Positions 1 through 9,690 of a DNA stretch of 64,000 nucleotides are shown here, one piece after another. The notes beneath the pieces were generated by a model that was given only the letters and a program-made list of their open reading frames with translations, made no database searches and had not been told where the DNA came from. The stretch's first letter is position 1. Every line of letters begins with the position of its first letter. Made by a program: the position numbers and the translations under genes. This DNA is from an uncultured Eubacteriales bacterium. Its GTDB lineage: Bacteria > Bacillota > Clostridia > Oscillospirales > Acutalibacteraceae. The stretch is from NCBI GenBank assembly GCA_934546985.1, contig CAKTEE010000001.1, forward strand, positions 174,116-238,115, given 5' to 3'.

Positions 1-1
1 T

Positions 2-610
2 TCCTTTGCAGATCCGCGGTATACTTTTTCCATGCCGTTGGATGTTACAATTTCTACAGCTTTAGATGCATTGTCCCACGCAACGGAGGGTTGGTTTTCC
101 CCAGTATGCACAGATGTTTCCGCACTTTTTTCAGAGAAAGCTGTCCGTCTGGTGTGGGAGGGTTTGTCTGACATATATTATAACAGAAAGCTGCCGGATG
201 AAACGATGCGTGAAAAATTATATTATGGTTCGCTGTATGCAGGTATGGTGCTGAACTGTATGGGGACAGCATTTCCCCATCCAATGGGGTATGTCCTGAC
301 TGAAAAATATCATATTCCGCACGGACGTGCGTGCGCAAGTTTTTTACCTGCGTTGGTTTCACGTGCTGCGCTGTATTGTGAAGATAAGTATCGTACATAT
401 TTTAACTGGCTGGATACAGATTTTGAGGAATTTCAAAGGATAATATCGAAACTGTCCGATACAGACCATATACATATGACGCAGGAACAGGTTGATATTT
501 ATGGAGGCAGATGGGATAATCTGAAAAATTTTGCAAATACTCCGGGCGGTTTCAGCAAGGAACTTGCAGCAGAGTTATTGCAGAAATTGTTTTTAAATCA
601 GGAAAGATGA
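2..610 (+). CDS. Iron-containing alcohol dehydrogenase, C-terminal part; the 5' end lies upstream of the window
   Basis: The reading frame is open to the window edge with no upstream stop. Fe-ADH-type His motifs are present (DALSHATE, HIPHGRACA). Confidence 0.8.
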   Translation, partial: SFADPRYTFSMPLDVTISTALDALSHATEGWFSPVCTDVSALFSEKAVRLVWEGLSDIYYNRKLPDETMREKLYYGSLYAGMVLNCMGTAFPHPMGYVLTEKYHIPHGRACASFLPALVSRAALYCEDKYRTYFNWLDTDFEEFQRIISKLSDTDHIHMTQEQVDIYGGRWDNLKNFANTPGGFSKELAAELLQKLFLNQER

Positions 611-639
611 TATTATTTGAATATAGGGAGGCGCCAATC

Positions 640-1212
640 TTGGGAAAATTGAAAGCAAAAAAGAATTATGTTGCAAATAGAAATATTCATATAGAAGGAA
701 TTATTAACAATCAGCGTGTGCGGCCTGCCAGTGAACTGCGTTATGGCTGCACAAAAACACCGTTGCATGGAAGCGGCTGGGTAAGCGTCTATAACGTACT
801 GTATTTGTTATCAAAAAACGTCAGCCCTGCGAAAGTTATTCGGTCTATTGAAGAAATCGGCGGGACAATTTTAGGCGGACTGGGAGGGACAAAGTATCAG
901 GATTTAATTCCGGTATTGAGCGAGTATGGCTATATGTCCCGTTTGTATGCGCCCAAAGATAATTTTAACAGTCTGATACAAGTGGGGGCAACAGGTATCC
1001 TTGTATACCGCACGTTTCGTAATTTAGGCCAGTCAAATTTTGTTGCATTCCGCAGGGTTAGTGAAACACAGTATGATTTTTATAACCCGACAACGAATGA
1101 AACTTCACTGGAAGTCTTTTTAAACAAACGGCATGCTTTGCCATCGCCAAAGGTGATTTTAGTGAAAAACCGAATGATGAAAACAGAAACAATAAGCAGT
1201 AAGCGGATTTAG
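640..1212 (+). CDS. Hypothetical protein of unknown function with conserved Cys/His (GCTKTPLHGSGW)
   Basis: The ORF spans 607-1212. The likely start is TTG at 640, with AGGGAGG 8 nt upstream. It follows the Fe-ADH gene directly. I recognise no family by eye. Confidence 0.45.
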   Translation: MGKLKAKKNYVANRNIHIEGIINNQRVRPASELRYGCTKTPLHGSGWVSVYNVLYLLSKNVSPAKVIRSIEEIGGTILGGLGGTKYQDLIPVLSEYGYMSRLYAPKDNFNSLIQVGATGILVYRTFRNLGQSNFVAFRRVSETQYDFYNPTTNETSLEVFLNKRHALPSPKVILVKNRMMKTETISSKRI

Positions 1213-1319
1213 TAAATCAATTTTTTGCTGCGAATATCCGTTAGGGGGGATATATCCCTTGATTTTAGCTGTAAAATCAGGCATAATGGTTAGAATGCAA
1301 AGCTCAGTCAGAAACAGGG

Positions 1320-1736
1320 GTGATTGTTCTGGAAAAACAGAGCGGCAGGCAAGTGCGTCAGACAGTGCAGAGAAAATTGATTTTAGAAATCCTCAGCGGC
1401 AGAGATAAACCGGTGACTGCTGAGGAAATTTTTGAGTTAGCCAGTTTGCAGAAACCCGGTATTGCTTTGACCACGGTATACCGCAATCTTGAAACGTTAT
1501 TTGCCTTAGGTATCCTTTCCAAAAATATTTATAACGATGGTGTGGCGCGGTTTGAAATTGCGGCAGAGCATAGGCATTATCTGATTTGTATGAAATGTAA
1601 AAAAACAGTGCCTTTGCCCTTTTGTCCTTTTGACCGTTTGGAGCGGGAAATCAGCAGGGCAACAGGTTTTACCATCGCCGCGCATAAGCTGGAGATTTTC
1701 GGTTACTGCCCGGATTGCAAAAATGCAGAGATATAG
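1320..1736 (+). CDS. Fur-family metalloregulator (Fur/Zur/PerR type)
   Basis: 138 aa with a winged-helix N-terminus (TVYRNLETL) and HRHYLICMKC...CPDC metal-site motifs. GTG start. Confidence 0.75.
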   Translation: MIVLEKQSGRQVRQTVQRKLILEILSGRDKPVTAEEIFELASLQKPGIALTTVYRNLETLFALGILSKNIYNDGVARFEIAAEHRHYLICMKCKKTVPLPFCPFDRLEREISRATGFTIAAHKLEIFGYCPDCKNAEI

Positions 1737-1774
1737 TACAACTGCATGGCATTTGCCGTGCTTGTAAATAAAAT

Positions 1775-1812
1775 GGTCAGTTCGCAAAATCCTGACCTAA
1801 AACAAAACTACG
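1775..1812 (+). promoter_or_regulatory. preQ1-I riboswitch aptamer in the queT leader
   Basis: Stem GGTCAG/CTGACC with loop TTCGCAAAATC, then the A-rich tail TAAAACAAAACTA abutting the SD GGAGG. This is very close to the canonical short preQ1-I aptamer (UCGCA loop, AACAAAAC tail). It sits directly 5' of a QueT-family gene. Confidence 0.75.
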
Positions 1813-1824
1813 GAGGTTTTTTTC

Positions 1825-2352
1825 ATGAAAAAAAAGAATGCACATTACCTTGTTCAGGCGGCAATGATTGCCGCGCTTTATGCCGCATTGACTTATGCGG
1901 CGGCCAGTATTGGGCTTGCCTACGGCAATATCCAGTTCCGTTTTTCGGAGGCAATGACAATCCTGTCAGTTTTTACGCCGGCGGCAATTCCAGGGCTGAC
2001 GATTGGCTGTTTTCTGGGCAATTTAGGCAGTCCTTTTGGTTTAGTTGATATTTTATGCGGCACTGTGGCAACGTTTCTGGCTGCTGTTATGACAAGATGG
2101 TTACGAAATATTCGCCTTTTTCAAGTTCCGTGGCTGGCGCCTTTGCCGCCAGTGCTGACAAATGCCTTGATTGTCGGAATGGAAATTGCAGTGTTTTTAC
2201 CCGAAGGTTTTACATGGGCTGGTTTTGCTGCGTCTGCTTTCTCAGTGGGCGTAGGCGAATTGGTAATGTGCTATGCGTTGGGACTGCCGTTGGTGTTTAT
2301 GCTGGAAAAGACAGGAACCGCGCGACGGATTTTTAGAACAGAACATTTATAA
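1825..2352 (+). CDS. queT: QueT-family queuosine-precursor transporter (small multi-pass membrane protein)
   Basis: 175 aa hydrophobic protein of the size and type of COG4708/QueT, preceded by a preQ1-I riboswitch. SD GGAGG 8 nt upstream. Confidence 0.7.
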   Translation: MKKKNAHYLVQAAMIAALYAALTYAAASIGLAYGNIQFRFSEAMTILSVFTPAAIPGLTIGCFLGNLGSPFGLVDILCGTVATFLAAVMTRWLRNIRLFQVPWLAPLPPVLTNALIVGMEIAVFLPEGFTWAGFAASAFSVGVGELVMCYALGLPLVFMLEKTGTARRIFRTEHL

Positions 2353-2771
2353 AAATTATGGATATCGGCGCGGGACACTGAAGTGTTCTGCGTCTATTAT
2401 TATTGTTTCTAGTAAGATGCCCCAAGATAGATAAACAGTCTTGGCAGAAAAGTGCTTTGCAATGTTACGAACCTAATAAGAAAAACATTGATAGTGATTT
2501 TATCTAAGAATTTTGAAGGTTTTAGGAGAGAACATGGGATTAGATATGGCTGATTAAAGTATGGAAAGTAATCAGGTTACCGGTAGCCGGGCAAGCGATG
2601 TAATGATATTTTTCAGTACCTTAGAGAAGTTCGCAAGTATTGACCTCTCTGAGATTTAAGTAAAATACCGGTGAACCAGTATTTTTGATTTGTAGGAAAA
2701 AACAGGTAAAATCTTTGACAGAATAAGTAAAATATGGTAGTGTTTACAATAGTAAGTAATTATGAAAGGAA

Positions 2772-4109
2772 ATGCAGCTGAAAATGAAGAAAAATAAAGC
2801 GATTTGGATTTTTTTTATTGTATTGTTTCTGATGATGGCAGTTTCTGCTGGTTTGATTATAACAAACCAGATGGCGCAAAAAAGGGAGAGTCAGGATTCT
2901 GAAATAGTGACCACTTCGATAGGAACTTCCATTGGTATAGAAGAGAATACAGATATTACTGTTGGGCAGGTCGCCGGTGATACATGGAATGCGGAAACTG
3001 CTTATACAGGCGGTAACGAGGTTGTTTATAATGGCAAACGCTTCCGTGCAAAGTGGTGGACGCAAGGGGAGACGCCAGATGCTAACAATGCATCCGGACC
3101 GTGGGAATGTATTGGTGATGCGCAGCCGGAAACTACTCAGCCTATCGATACAAATACTACTTTGCCCGAGGTTGGGGAGCCGGTAGTTGGAAATACAGGG
3201 TTTAAAGTGGTAGGCTATTATCCGAGTTGGCAGCCGGATAAAATTGATCGTGTCCAGTTTGATGTGCTCACACATATTAATTATGCATTTGCCATACCAA
3301 CAGCGGAGGGCGGTGTACGCCCGCTGGAAAACGGGCAAACGGCAAAAAAATTAATTGAGATAGCGCACCAATATAACGTTAAGGTTTTGATTGCCGTTGG
3401 CGGCTGGTCTTATAATGATATTCCTTTAGAAGCAACATTTATGGATGCAACCAGTTCAGATGAAAAGATTAAAAAGTTTGCAGATGCCATTATTGCATTG
3501 ATGAATGAATATGGCTTTGATGGTGTAGATATGGATTGGGAGCATCCGCGCGTAGATGGGGATTCTTCCGTGCGTTATACAAAATTGATGATGATTCTAA
3601 GTGCGGAATTGAAAAAGCAAGGCAAACTTTTAACTGCTGCTGTCCTCAGCGGTGTTACTGCGGATGGCAATGTATATTATGATGCTGCGGCGCATAAGGA
3701 TGAAGTCATTCAATGTGTGGATTGGTTTAATGTCATGGCATATGACGGCGGGGACGGTGAGAGACATTCTTCTTATGATTTTGCAGTTAATTGCGGTAAT
3801 TATTGGAAAAACACTCGAAAAATGCCGGCAGAAAAGGTTGTTTTAGGTGTTCCGTTTTATGCAAGACCGTCATGGGTGGCGTATGATGATATTTTAAAAG
3901 CAGATTCTTCTGCGGACAGTAAGGATGTTGCAGTATATCAGGGGATGGAAGCGTATTATAATGGAGTGCCTACCATTCAGAAGAAAACCCAGTGGGCTTT
4001 GGAGAATGCAGGCGGTGTCATGATTTGGGAAGTTACGCAGGATACGGCAGAAAGGAACAAAAGTCTTCTCAGTGCTATTGGAAAGACGATTGCGAATCAT
4101 AACCGTTGA
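2772..4109 (+). CDS. Secreted GH18 glycoside hydrolase (chitinase-like) with an N-terminal CBM5/12 carbohydrate-binding module
   Basis: Signal peptide/TM at the N-terminus. CBM5/12 signature (WNAETAYTGGNEVVYNGKRFRAKWWTQGE). GH18 catalytic motif FDGVDMDWEHP. The start could instead be 2784 (MKKNK). Confidence 0.85.
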   Translation: MQLKMKKNKAIWIFFIVLFLMMAVSAGLIITNQMAQKRESQDSEIVTTSIGTSIGIEENTDITVGQVAGDTWNAETAYTGGNEVVYNGKRFRAKWWTQGETPDANNASGPWECIGDAQPETTQPIDTNTTLPEVGEPVVGNTGFKVVGYYPSWQPDKIDRVQFDVLTHINYAFAIPTAEGGVRPLENGQTAKKLIEIAHQYNVKVLIAVGGWSYNDIPLEATFMDATSSDEKIKKFADAIIALMNEYGFDGVDMDWEHPRVDGDSSVRYTKLMMILSAELKKQGKLLTAAVLSGVTADGNVYYDAAAHKDEVIQCVDWFNVMAYDGGDGERHSSYDFAVNCGNYWKNTRKMPAEKVVLGVPFYARPSWVAYDDILKADSSADSKDVAVYQGMEAYYNGVPTIQKKTQWALENAGGVMIWEVTQDTAERNKSLLSAIGKTIANHNR

Positions 4110-4503
4110 CGAATAGATAAAAAATATCAATCCAATAAAGGATAATATATTTATACTTATAAAGAAGCCATGGAAGAAGAAAGGAGAAGCAGAATTAGGT
4201 GCAAAAAAGAACATTGGTAAGATTCCGGGAAGCCGTTTCGTGGGGGTCGCGCCTGCTCCGTTTATAGTCGGTTTACTTTACGCATAAACTTGTTATACTG
4301 ACCTTCTGCCAGCCCTCTGGCTGTATGTTTGCAAGTGTATTTAATATGGAATTACTCATAATATGAATAATTCTTTCGGTGGTATTAAGTTCAGGATTCT
4401 TGAAACGTATTATATACTATAAGGAGTTATAGCCTTTTTCCCACTAATGATAAACTTACGTTTTGCACGCCGTACCGCAAATAAAGAACATATTACTAAC
4501 TTA

Positions 4504-4550
4504 AAAACAGGGAACAATATGAAAAATTGTTCCCTGTTTATTGATTTTTC
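4504..4550. terminator. Strong isolated hairpin (13-bp stem AACAGGGAACAAT/ATTGTTCCCTGTT) with a T-rich 3' flank
   Basis: Perfect inverted repeat followed by TATTGATTTTTC. It lies in a ~1 kb stretch that has no long ORF. Confidence 0.4.
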
Positions 4551-5180
4551 TTATGGAAACTCCCAGATTTACTGTTAGGGGCAACTTTTGTCTTTAACTG
4601 GTTCAGTATTTTTGTTGTGATTTTTTTCAATGATATTGTTAAAGCATGAATTAAAACTGTCAGACAATGTATGATATCATTCATCATCATTACTTATCAA
4701 CCATATACCGTTGACTTTTTGCAGGTGTAGTGTAATGTTTTCAAATAATTTGTCGGCCCGCTAATGTTCATCATAGTGCTGTAGCAGGAGTTGGAGTAAA
4801 TTATGGTTTAAGGTTTCCTGTTTAAAATCTTTTTTAGGCAAGGATTTTTTTATTTTTTCTGTCAGGAGATTTCGCAGATTTTCTATCATGGTTTCATAAT
4901 CAGCGTGTAAAATATTCATAGTTATTGTAATTTCATTATCATATTGTTCAGCGCAGGTGATGGTTTGCAGCTTGATTTGTTTCTCATTAAAAGAGGATAC
5001 AGAAAATGATTTTTCAGCTAACGGCGCCTATACTGCTACTGGAGTTTTTCATTATTTTAATAAAACAAGCACTTTTCAATTAACCGTTAATCTTAGAGTT
5101 TTCATATTAAAGTGGTTGCTTCTTGTAATATATCCATGTTATAACTAAATTAGAAAACATTAAGAAAGCGGGGATGTTGA

Positions 5181-6569
5181 ATGAGCATGAAAAAAAGAAT
5201 CTGCAAAGCGGGCATACTTTGTTTTATGGCGGTTATTTTTATGGCAACAGGACAGACATGGGCGTACTCTGAGAGTGCGGCGGAAACGGAAAAAACATTC
5301 ATGTTAAGTGCATACTGCAATGCCTATGGGTACATTAACTGGAGCCGTCCGAATCAGACTGTGGTTGATATTGATGTTACAAAAATGACCCATCTAAATT
5401 TTGCAAATGCACGTATTGATGAATCCAGCGGAACTGCATATCTGGAAAATGAGATTCAAATCGCCTTGCGTAAAGTTTTGGAAATGCGCAGTCAGAAAAA
5501 TCCTGATTTAAAAATTCTTTTGACAGTTGCAGGACCAGGTTTTTCAAAAACCTGCGCTACAGAACAGGGAAGGGAAACTTTTGCAGCCAGTTTGGCACAG
5601 TTAATGAATGATAATCATCTTGACGGTATTGATATTGATTGGGAATATCCTACTCTTGCATGGCAGGATACAGCATGCAGTCCGCAGGACCGACAAAATT
5701 TTACTGCATTGGTTCAAAAACTGCGTGAAAAAATAGGCAATGATAAGCTGATTACCGTAGCCGGCGGAGCGGGTACTTGGTACCCCGCGTGTATTGAGTT
5801 TGATAAACTGAACAGGTTGGTAAATTATTGGAATGTAATGGCATATGCATTTCAGCAAGGGCAATATCTTGATGCAAACCTGTATCCTTCAAAGTTGGGC
5901 GATCCCTCCGGACTTTGCGGGGATTCTGCAATTACCATGTATCTGAATCATGGAATACCTGCGGAAAAATTATTATTGGGTATCCCTTACTATGCATTAT
6001 CCAACAGTGGGGATTATCCTGCGGATCGCTGGGCATACAAGTATGGAGAAGTGCAGGAAATGATTGCTTCCGGTGGATATATCCGTGTATGGGATGAAGA
6101 AGGGCAGGTACCCTATCTAACGAAAGAAGGAAAGTTTGAAATTACATATGATGATGAGCAATCTGTTCAAATAAAAGCGCAGTATGTAAAAACGAAAGGT
6201 CTTGCAGGTGCAGTTGTTTATGAAACCTATTATGACAATGCGCAAAAATCCTTGGGCAATACCTTATGGGAGGAACTGCAAGCCGGAGAAACGCCATTAT
6301 CTGTCGAGCTTACTGCAAGCAGTCAAGCTCCGCTGATAGGGGAAAATCTGGAAATTGTATGTAACGCTGCTGGCGGAAGCGGGGAATACAGTTATTTATT
6401 TGTTATTTTAAAGGATGGCAGGGTAATGTTCCGGCAGAATGATTTTTCGTCTGCGAACAAGGTAAGCTATACGCCGCAGGAAAAGGGAAAATACCGGATT
6501 AAAGGATATTGTGTGGATAAAACCTCGAACCAAAAAGCGGAAATAGAGAAAATACTGGAAGTCATTTGA
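5181..6569 (+). CDS. Secreted GH18-family glycoside hydrolase with a C-terminal beta-sandwich-like domain
   Basis: Signal peptide (MSMKKRICKAGILCFMAVIFMATGQTWA). GH18 motif LDGIDIDWEYP. About 90 aa of extra C-terminal domain. Confidence 0.8.
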   Translation: MSMKKRICKAGILCFMAVIFMATGQTWAYSESAAETEKTFMLSAYCNAYGYINWSRPNQTVVDIDVTKMTHLNFANARIDESSGTAYLENEIQIALRKVLEMRSQKNPDLKILLTVAGPGFSKTCATEQGRETFAASLAQLMNDNHLDGIDIDWEYPTLAWQDTACSPQDRQNFTALVQKLREKIGNDKLITVAGGAGTWYPACIEFDKLNRLVNYWNVMAYAFQQGQYLDANLYPSKLGDPSGLCGDSAITMYLNHGIPAEKLLLGIPYYALSNSGDYPADRWAYKYGEVQEMIASGGYIRVWDEEGQVPYLTKEGKFEITYDDEQSVQIKAQYVKTKGLAGAVVYETYYDNAQKSLGNTLWEELQAGETPLSVELTASSQAPLIGENLEIVCNAAGGSGEYSYLFVILKDGRVMFRQNDFSSANKVSYTPQEKGKYRIKGYCVDKTSNQKAEIEKILEVI

Positions 6570-6696
6570 TTTTTTATGGGATAACAATTTACAAATACTC
6601 GAAAAAAAGGTATATTTTATAGTAAGGCTTTTTATGTTATAAAGCTTGATGTAGCAAGTATTTATAAAATGACCTTGGATAACATGGGAGGTTTTT

Positions 6697-7665
6697 ATGG
6701 AGCTTTTTCATTCAATGACAAATGGTAAGATAGAAGGCTTTTGCCTGATTAAAACTGTAGAGAAGAAAACCTCAGTACGCGGTACAGAGTATTTAGACCT
6801 GATTTTGGCGGACAGCGGCGGAGAAGTTTCTGCAAAGCTTTGGGATTATCAGCCTGCGGCACACAGTACGTTGAAACCTGATATGCTGGTAAAAGTGCGC
6901 GGGATATTGGAAAAGTGGAAGGATAAAGACCAACTAAAAGTGGAATTAATTCGTCAGGCGGCAGTCAGCGATACCGTTAAAATGGAAGATTTTGTCCCGC
7001 ATGCCCCTTATGAAGGGGAATGGATGTATGGTCAGATTTTGTCTGAAATCAGCGGTTGGGAAAATCAGCCGCTGAAAATATTAGTGACGGATATTTTAGA
7101 AAGCCATAAAGAAAAGCTTTGTTATTTTCCTGCGGCGCTCAAATTGCACCATGCTTACAGGGCGGGTTTGCTTTATCATACGTTATCGGTTTTGCGTCTG
7201 GCGCAGCAAATGTGCAACGTTTATACGTTTGTGGATAGGGAGCTGTTATATGCTGGAATTATTTTGCATGATATCGCCAAGGTTCAGGAACTGGAAGTGG
7301 GGGAAACAGGTATTGCAGCAAATTATACCACGGAGGGGACGTTGATTGGTCATCTTGTAAAAGGCGCAATGAACATTGAAACCGCCGGTGTGCGGCTTGG
7401 GACGCCCCGCGAGCTTTTAACACTTTTAGAGCATATGGTTCTTTCACATCATGGTGAGCCTGAATTTGGCGCGGCGGTTCGGCCCATGTTTTTAGAAGCG
7501 GAGCTGTTATCCCAGTTAGATAATTTGGATGCGACTGTATTTGAAATGATGTCTGCTGTAGATGGTGTAGAACCGGGTAGCTTTTCACCACGTCAATGGG
7601 CGCTGGATCAAAGAAAAATTTATAATTACCGGCAGAAAGAGATACAATCTGCAAAATTGGATTAA
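6697..7665 (+). CDS. yhaM: 3'-5' exoribonuclease YhaM (OB-fold plus HD domain)
   Basis: N-terminal OB fold (GFCLIKTVEKKTSVRGTEYLDLILADSGGEVSAKLWD). HD-domain motifs (HDIAK, SHHGEPEFG). SD GGGAGG. Confidence 0.85.
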   Translation: MELFHSMTNGKIEGFCLIKTVEKKTSVRGTEYLDLILADSGGEVSAKLWDYQPAAHSTLKPDMLVKVRGILEKWKDKDQLKVELIRQAAVSDTVKMEDFVPHAPYEGEWMYGQILSEISGWENQPLKILVTDILESHKEKLCYFPAALKLHHAYRAGLLYHTLSVLRLAQQMCNVYTFVDRELLYAGIILHDIAKVQELEVGETGIAANYTTEGTLIGHLVKGAMNIETAGVRLGTPRELLTLLEHMVLSHHGEPEFGAAVRPMFLEAELLSQLDNLDATVFEMMSAVDGVEPGSFSPRQWALDQRKIYNYRQKEIQSAKLD

Positions 7666-7702
7666 AAAATAAGAATCAATCATTGAAAAGTGAGGTAAAA
7701 TC

Positions 7703-8626
7703 ATGGATTGGACAGAAGTGAAAATCAGTGTGCCTGCACAGGAGCTTGATAAGGCCGCAGATATTGCGCAGATGGTAGTTCCGTACGGCATTTATATTGA
7801 AGATTATTCTGATTTGGAGAATGAAACATGGGAAATTGCCCATATTGATTTAATAGATGAAGAACTTTTAGCAAAAGATAGAACAGTAGGGATTATCCAT
7901 GTGTATATCAGTCCGGAGGAATCGCCGGAAGAAGCGCTGGCATTCTTGAAAGAACGTTATTGCAGTGAAAAAATTACTTTTGAAATTAACACAGCCAGTA
8001 TACGTATGGAAGAATGGGCAAACAATTGGAAGAAATATTTTAAACCTTTAAAAACAGGGGAAAAACTTGTGATTTGCCCGACATGGGAAACATTAGATGA
8101 ACCTACGCAGAGAAAAATTCTGCGCATTGACCCTGGAATGGCATTTGGAACCGGCGGGCATAACACAACGCGGCTATGTTTGGAAACGATGGAAAAATAT
8201 ATTGACAACAGTTCTGAAGTTTTAGATATTGGCTGCGGCAGTGGAATTTTATCCATTGCAGCTTTGCTGTTAGGGGCGAAGCGTACTGTTGGTGTTGATA
8301 TTGATGCGTTGGCGGTGAAAACTGCGAAAGAAAACGGTGCGCTTAACGGTTTTTGTGAACCGACGTACAGTATTTTGCAAGGAAATTTAACAGAGAAAGT
8401 GCAAGGTGTTTTTTCTGTTGTAGTTGCGAATATTGTCGCAGATGTTATCATAAAATTCTGTGAGGATGTAAGCGCTTTTATAGATAAAGACGGCGTGTTT
8501 ATTACCTCCGGAATTATTGATACAAGGGAGGAGGATGTAAAGCAGGCGTTTGCCCGTTTTGGTTTTGAGATTATAGAACGGCATGAGGACGGCGGATGGA
8601 TTTGCTTTGTTTGCAAACGGACATAA
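7703..8626 (+). CDS. prmA: Ribosomal protein L11 methyltransferase
   Basis: GMAFGTGGHNTTRLCLE and SAM-binding LDIGCGSGIL motifs. 307 aa. Confidence 0.9.
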   Translation: MDWTEVKISVPAQELDKAADIAQMVVPYGIYIEDYSDLENETWEIAHIDLIDEELLAKDRTVGIIHVYISPEESPEEALAFLKERYCSEKITFEINTASIRMEEWANNWKKYFKPLKTGEKLVICPTWETLDEPTQRKILRIDPGMAFGTGGHNTTRLCLETMEKYIDNSSEVLDIGCGSGILSIAALLLGAKRTVGVDIDALAVKTAKENGALNGFCEPTYSILQGNLTEKVQGVFSVVVANIVADVIIKFCEDVSAFIDKDGVFITSGIIDTREEDVKQAFARFGFEIIERHEDGGWICFVCKRT

Positions 8627-8660
8627 TTTTTGCAATGAATGAGGAAGGGGCTGATTGAGC

Positions 8661-9611
8661 ATGCAAAAGCTCAAAGGATGGCTGTGGCCGTCAATGATGG
8701 CCGCATTTGCTGTAGTTTTACTTTTGGGGTTTGCTCCGTTTTGTTCTTTTACTTTTATTAATGATGTACAGATACTGCGTTTTACATTATCTCCGTGGGA
8801 AATGCTTGTCGGAAAGACTGTAGATTTTTCTGCGGAAATATTAGGCAGAAGCCCATTTTGGGGTGCGGCGTTTTTTATTATCCCATTGTTTGGATTTATT
8901 GGCTGTTTCATTCCAAGATTGGAGGTGCGCGCTGTTGTCACGGCAATTAGCGCGGTTGCCGGCAGTATATATATATTTCTATGCAATTCGTTTTTGCCTG
9001 ACGCTGTGTTTTATAACCGTTCCTTAGAAAAAGTATTTCAGGAGCACATGATGCCGGACAGTGCAGCGTTTGGTATGACTGTTGCCGGCAATGTGATGTG
9101 GGCTGTTTATTTTTTTGCAATTGTCTGTGCAGCGGCAACATTCATGGGTTTCCTGCGGGAACTGAAAAACGCGTATTCCGGTAATGACAATGGAGACAGT
9201 TATGAGTTTGAAGGCGCCGTCCGGCTGGAGAATGAAGAAGAAACTGTATTTGATGAAGTTGATGAATTGGAACCTCCGTTGTATGAGGATGAGCCTGAAT
9301 GTTATCCGGTACAGGAATCTTCTGATTTAGAACTGGAGCTTCCTGATGAGGAAGAAAACATACAGGAAGGGATTGCTGAAACAGAGGAAAATCCTGAATT
9401 TGAAATGACAGCAGAGGAGGAAACCGCAGAAGAAACGGAGGTTCCCGAAGATATACAGCCTGCGCCAGTTACTGTAATTCCGAAAAATGAAAAGGGTTCC
9501 TCTGAAGAAATACAGACAGAGGAAGAAAAACAAACAGAAGAGGTCCCTGAAAGCGAAGAAAGTTTTCCTGAAAAAATGCAGGAAAAGGAGTCAGCCGAAA
9601 AACACGGATAA
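8661..9611 (+). CDS. Hypothetical membrane protein (about 4 TM) with a long Glu/Asp-rich disordered C-terminal tail
   Basis: Hydrophobic N-terminal half, then a low-complexity acidic tail with EEE/ETEE repeats. SD GAGGAAGGGG sits before ATG 8661. It is tightly linked to prmA. Confidence 0.6.
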   Translation: MQKLKGWLWPSMMAAFAVVLLLGFAPFCSFTFINDVQILRFTLSPWEMLVGKTVDFSAEILGRSPFWGAAFFIIPLFGFIGCFIPRLEVRAVVTAISAVAGSIYIFLCNSFLPDAVFYNRSLEKVFQEHMMPDSAAFGMTVAGNVMWAVYFFAIVCAAATFMGFLRELKNAYSGNDNGDSYEFEGAVRLENEEETVFDEVDELEPPLYEDEPECYPVQESSDLELELPDEEENIQEGIAETEENPEFEMTAEEETAEETEVPEDIQPAPVTVIPKNEKGSSEEIQTEEEKQTEEVPESEESFPEKMQEKESAEKHG

Positions 9612-9637
9612 AACGAAAAGTAAAAATAATAATACAT

Positions 9638-9686
9638 AAAAAACCGGCTGCTGTTTATGTATAAACAGCAGCCGGTTTTTTATGTA
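9638..9686. terminator. Bidirectional intrinsic terminator between convergent genes
   Basis: AAAAACCGGCTGCTGTTTAT/ATAAACAGCAGCCGGTTTTTT, a perfect long stem with A-tracts and T-tracts on both sides. Confidence 0.8.
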
Positions 9687-9690
9687 ATCA

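Noticed and set aside
54-398. Minus-strand 114-aa ORF and a plus-strand 62-aa ORF lying inside the Fe-ADH gene
   Set aside because: They fully overlap a well-supported conserved CDS on the other frame or strand. They have no SD and no family.
2760-3338. Minus-strand 192-aa ORF antisense to the GH18/CBM5 gene
   Set aside because: It is antisense to a strongly supported CDS and its sequence is an odd mix of Cys/Arg-rich residues typical of shadow ORFs.
9240-9600. Periodic repeats that could be mistaken for a CRISPR-like or tandem-repeat array
   Set aside because: These are in-frame GAA/GAG codon repeats within a coding acidic tail. There is no spacer/repeat structure.
9302-9637. Ser-rich 111-aa minus-strand ORF
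   Set aside because: It is the reverse-complement shadow of the GAA/GAG-rich acidic-tail coding repeat (Glu codons read as Ser/Phe codons).
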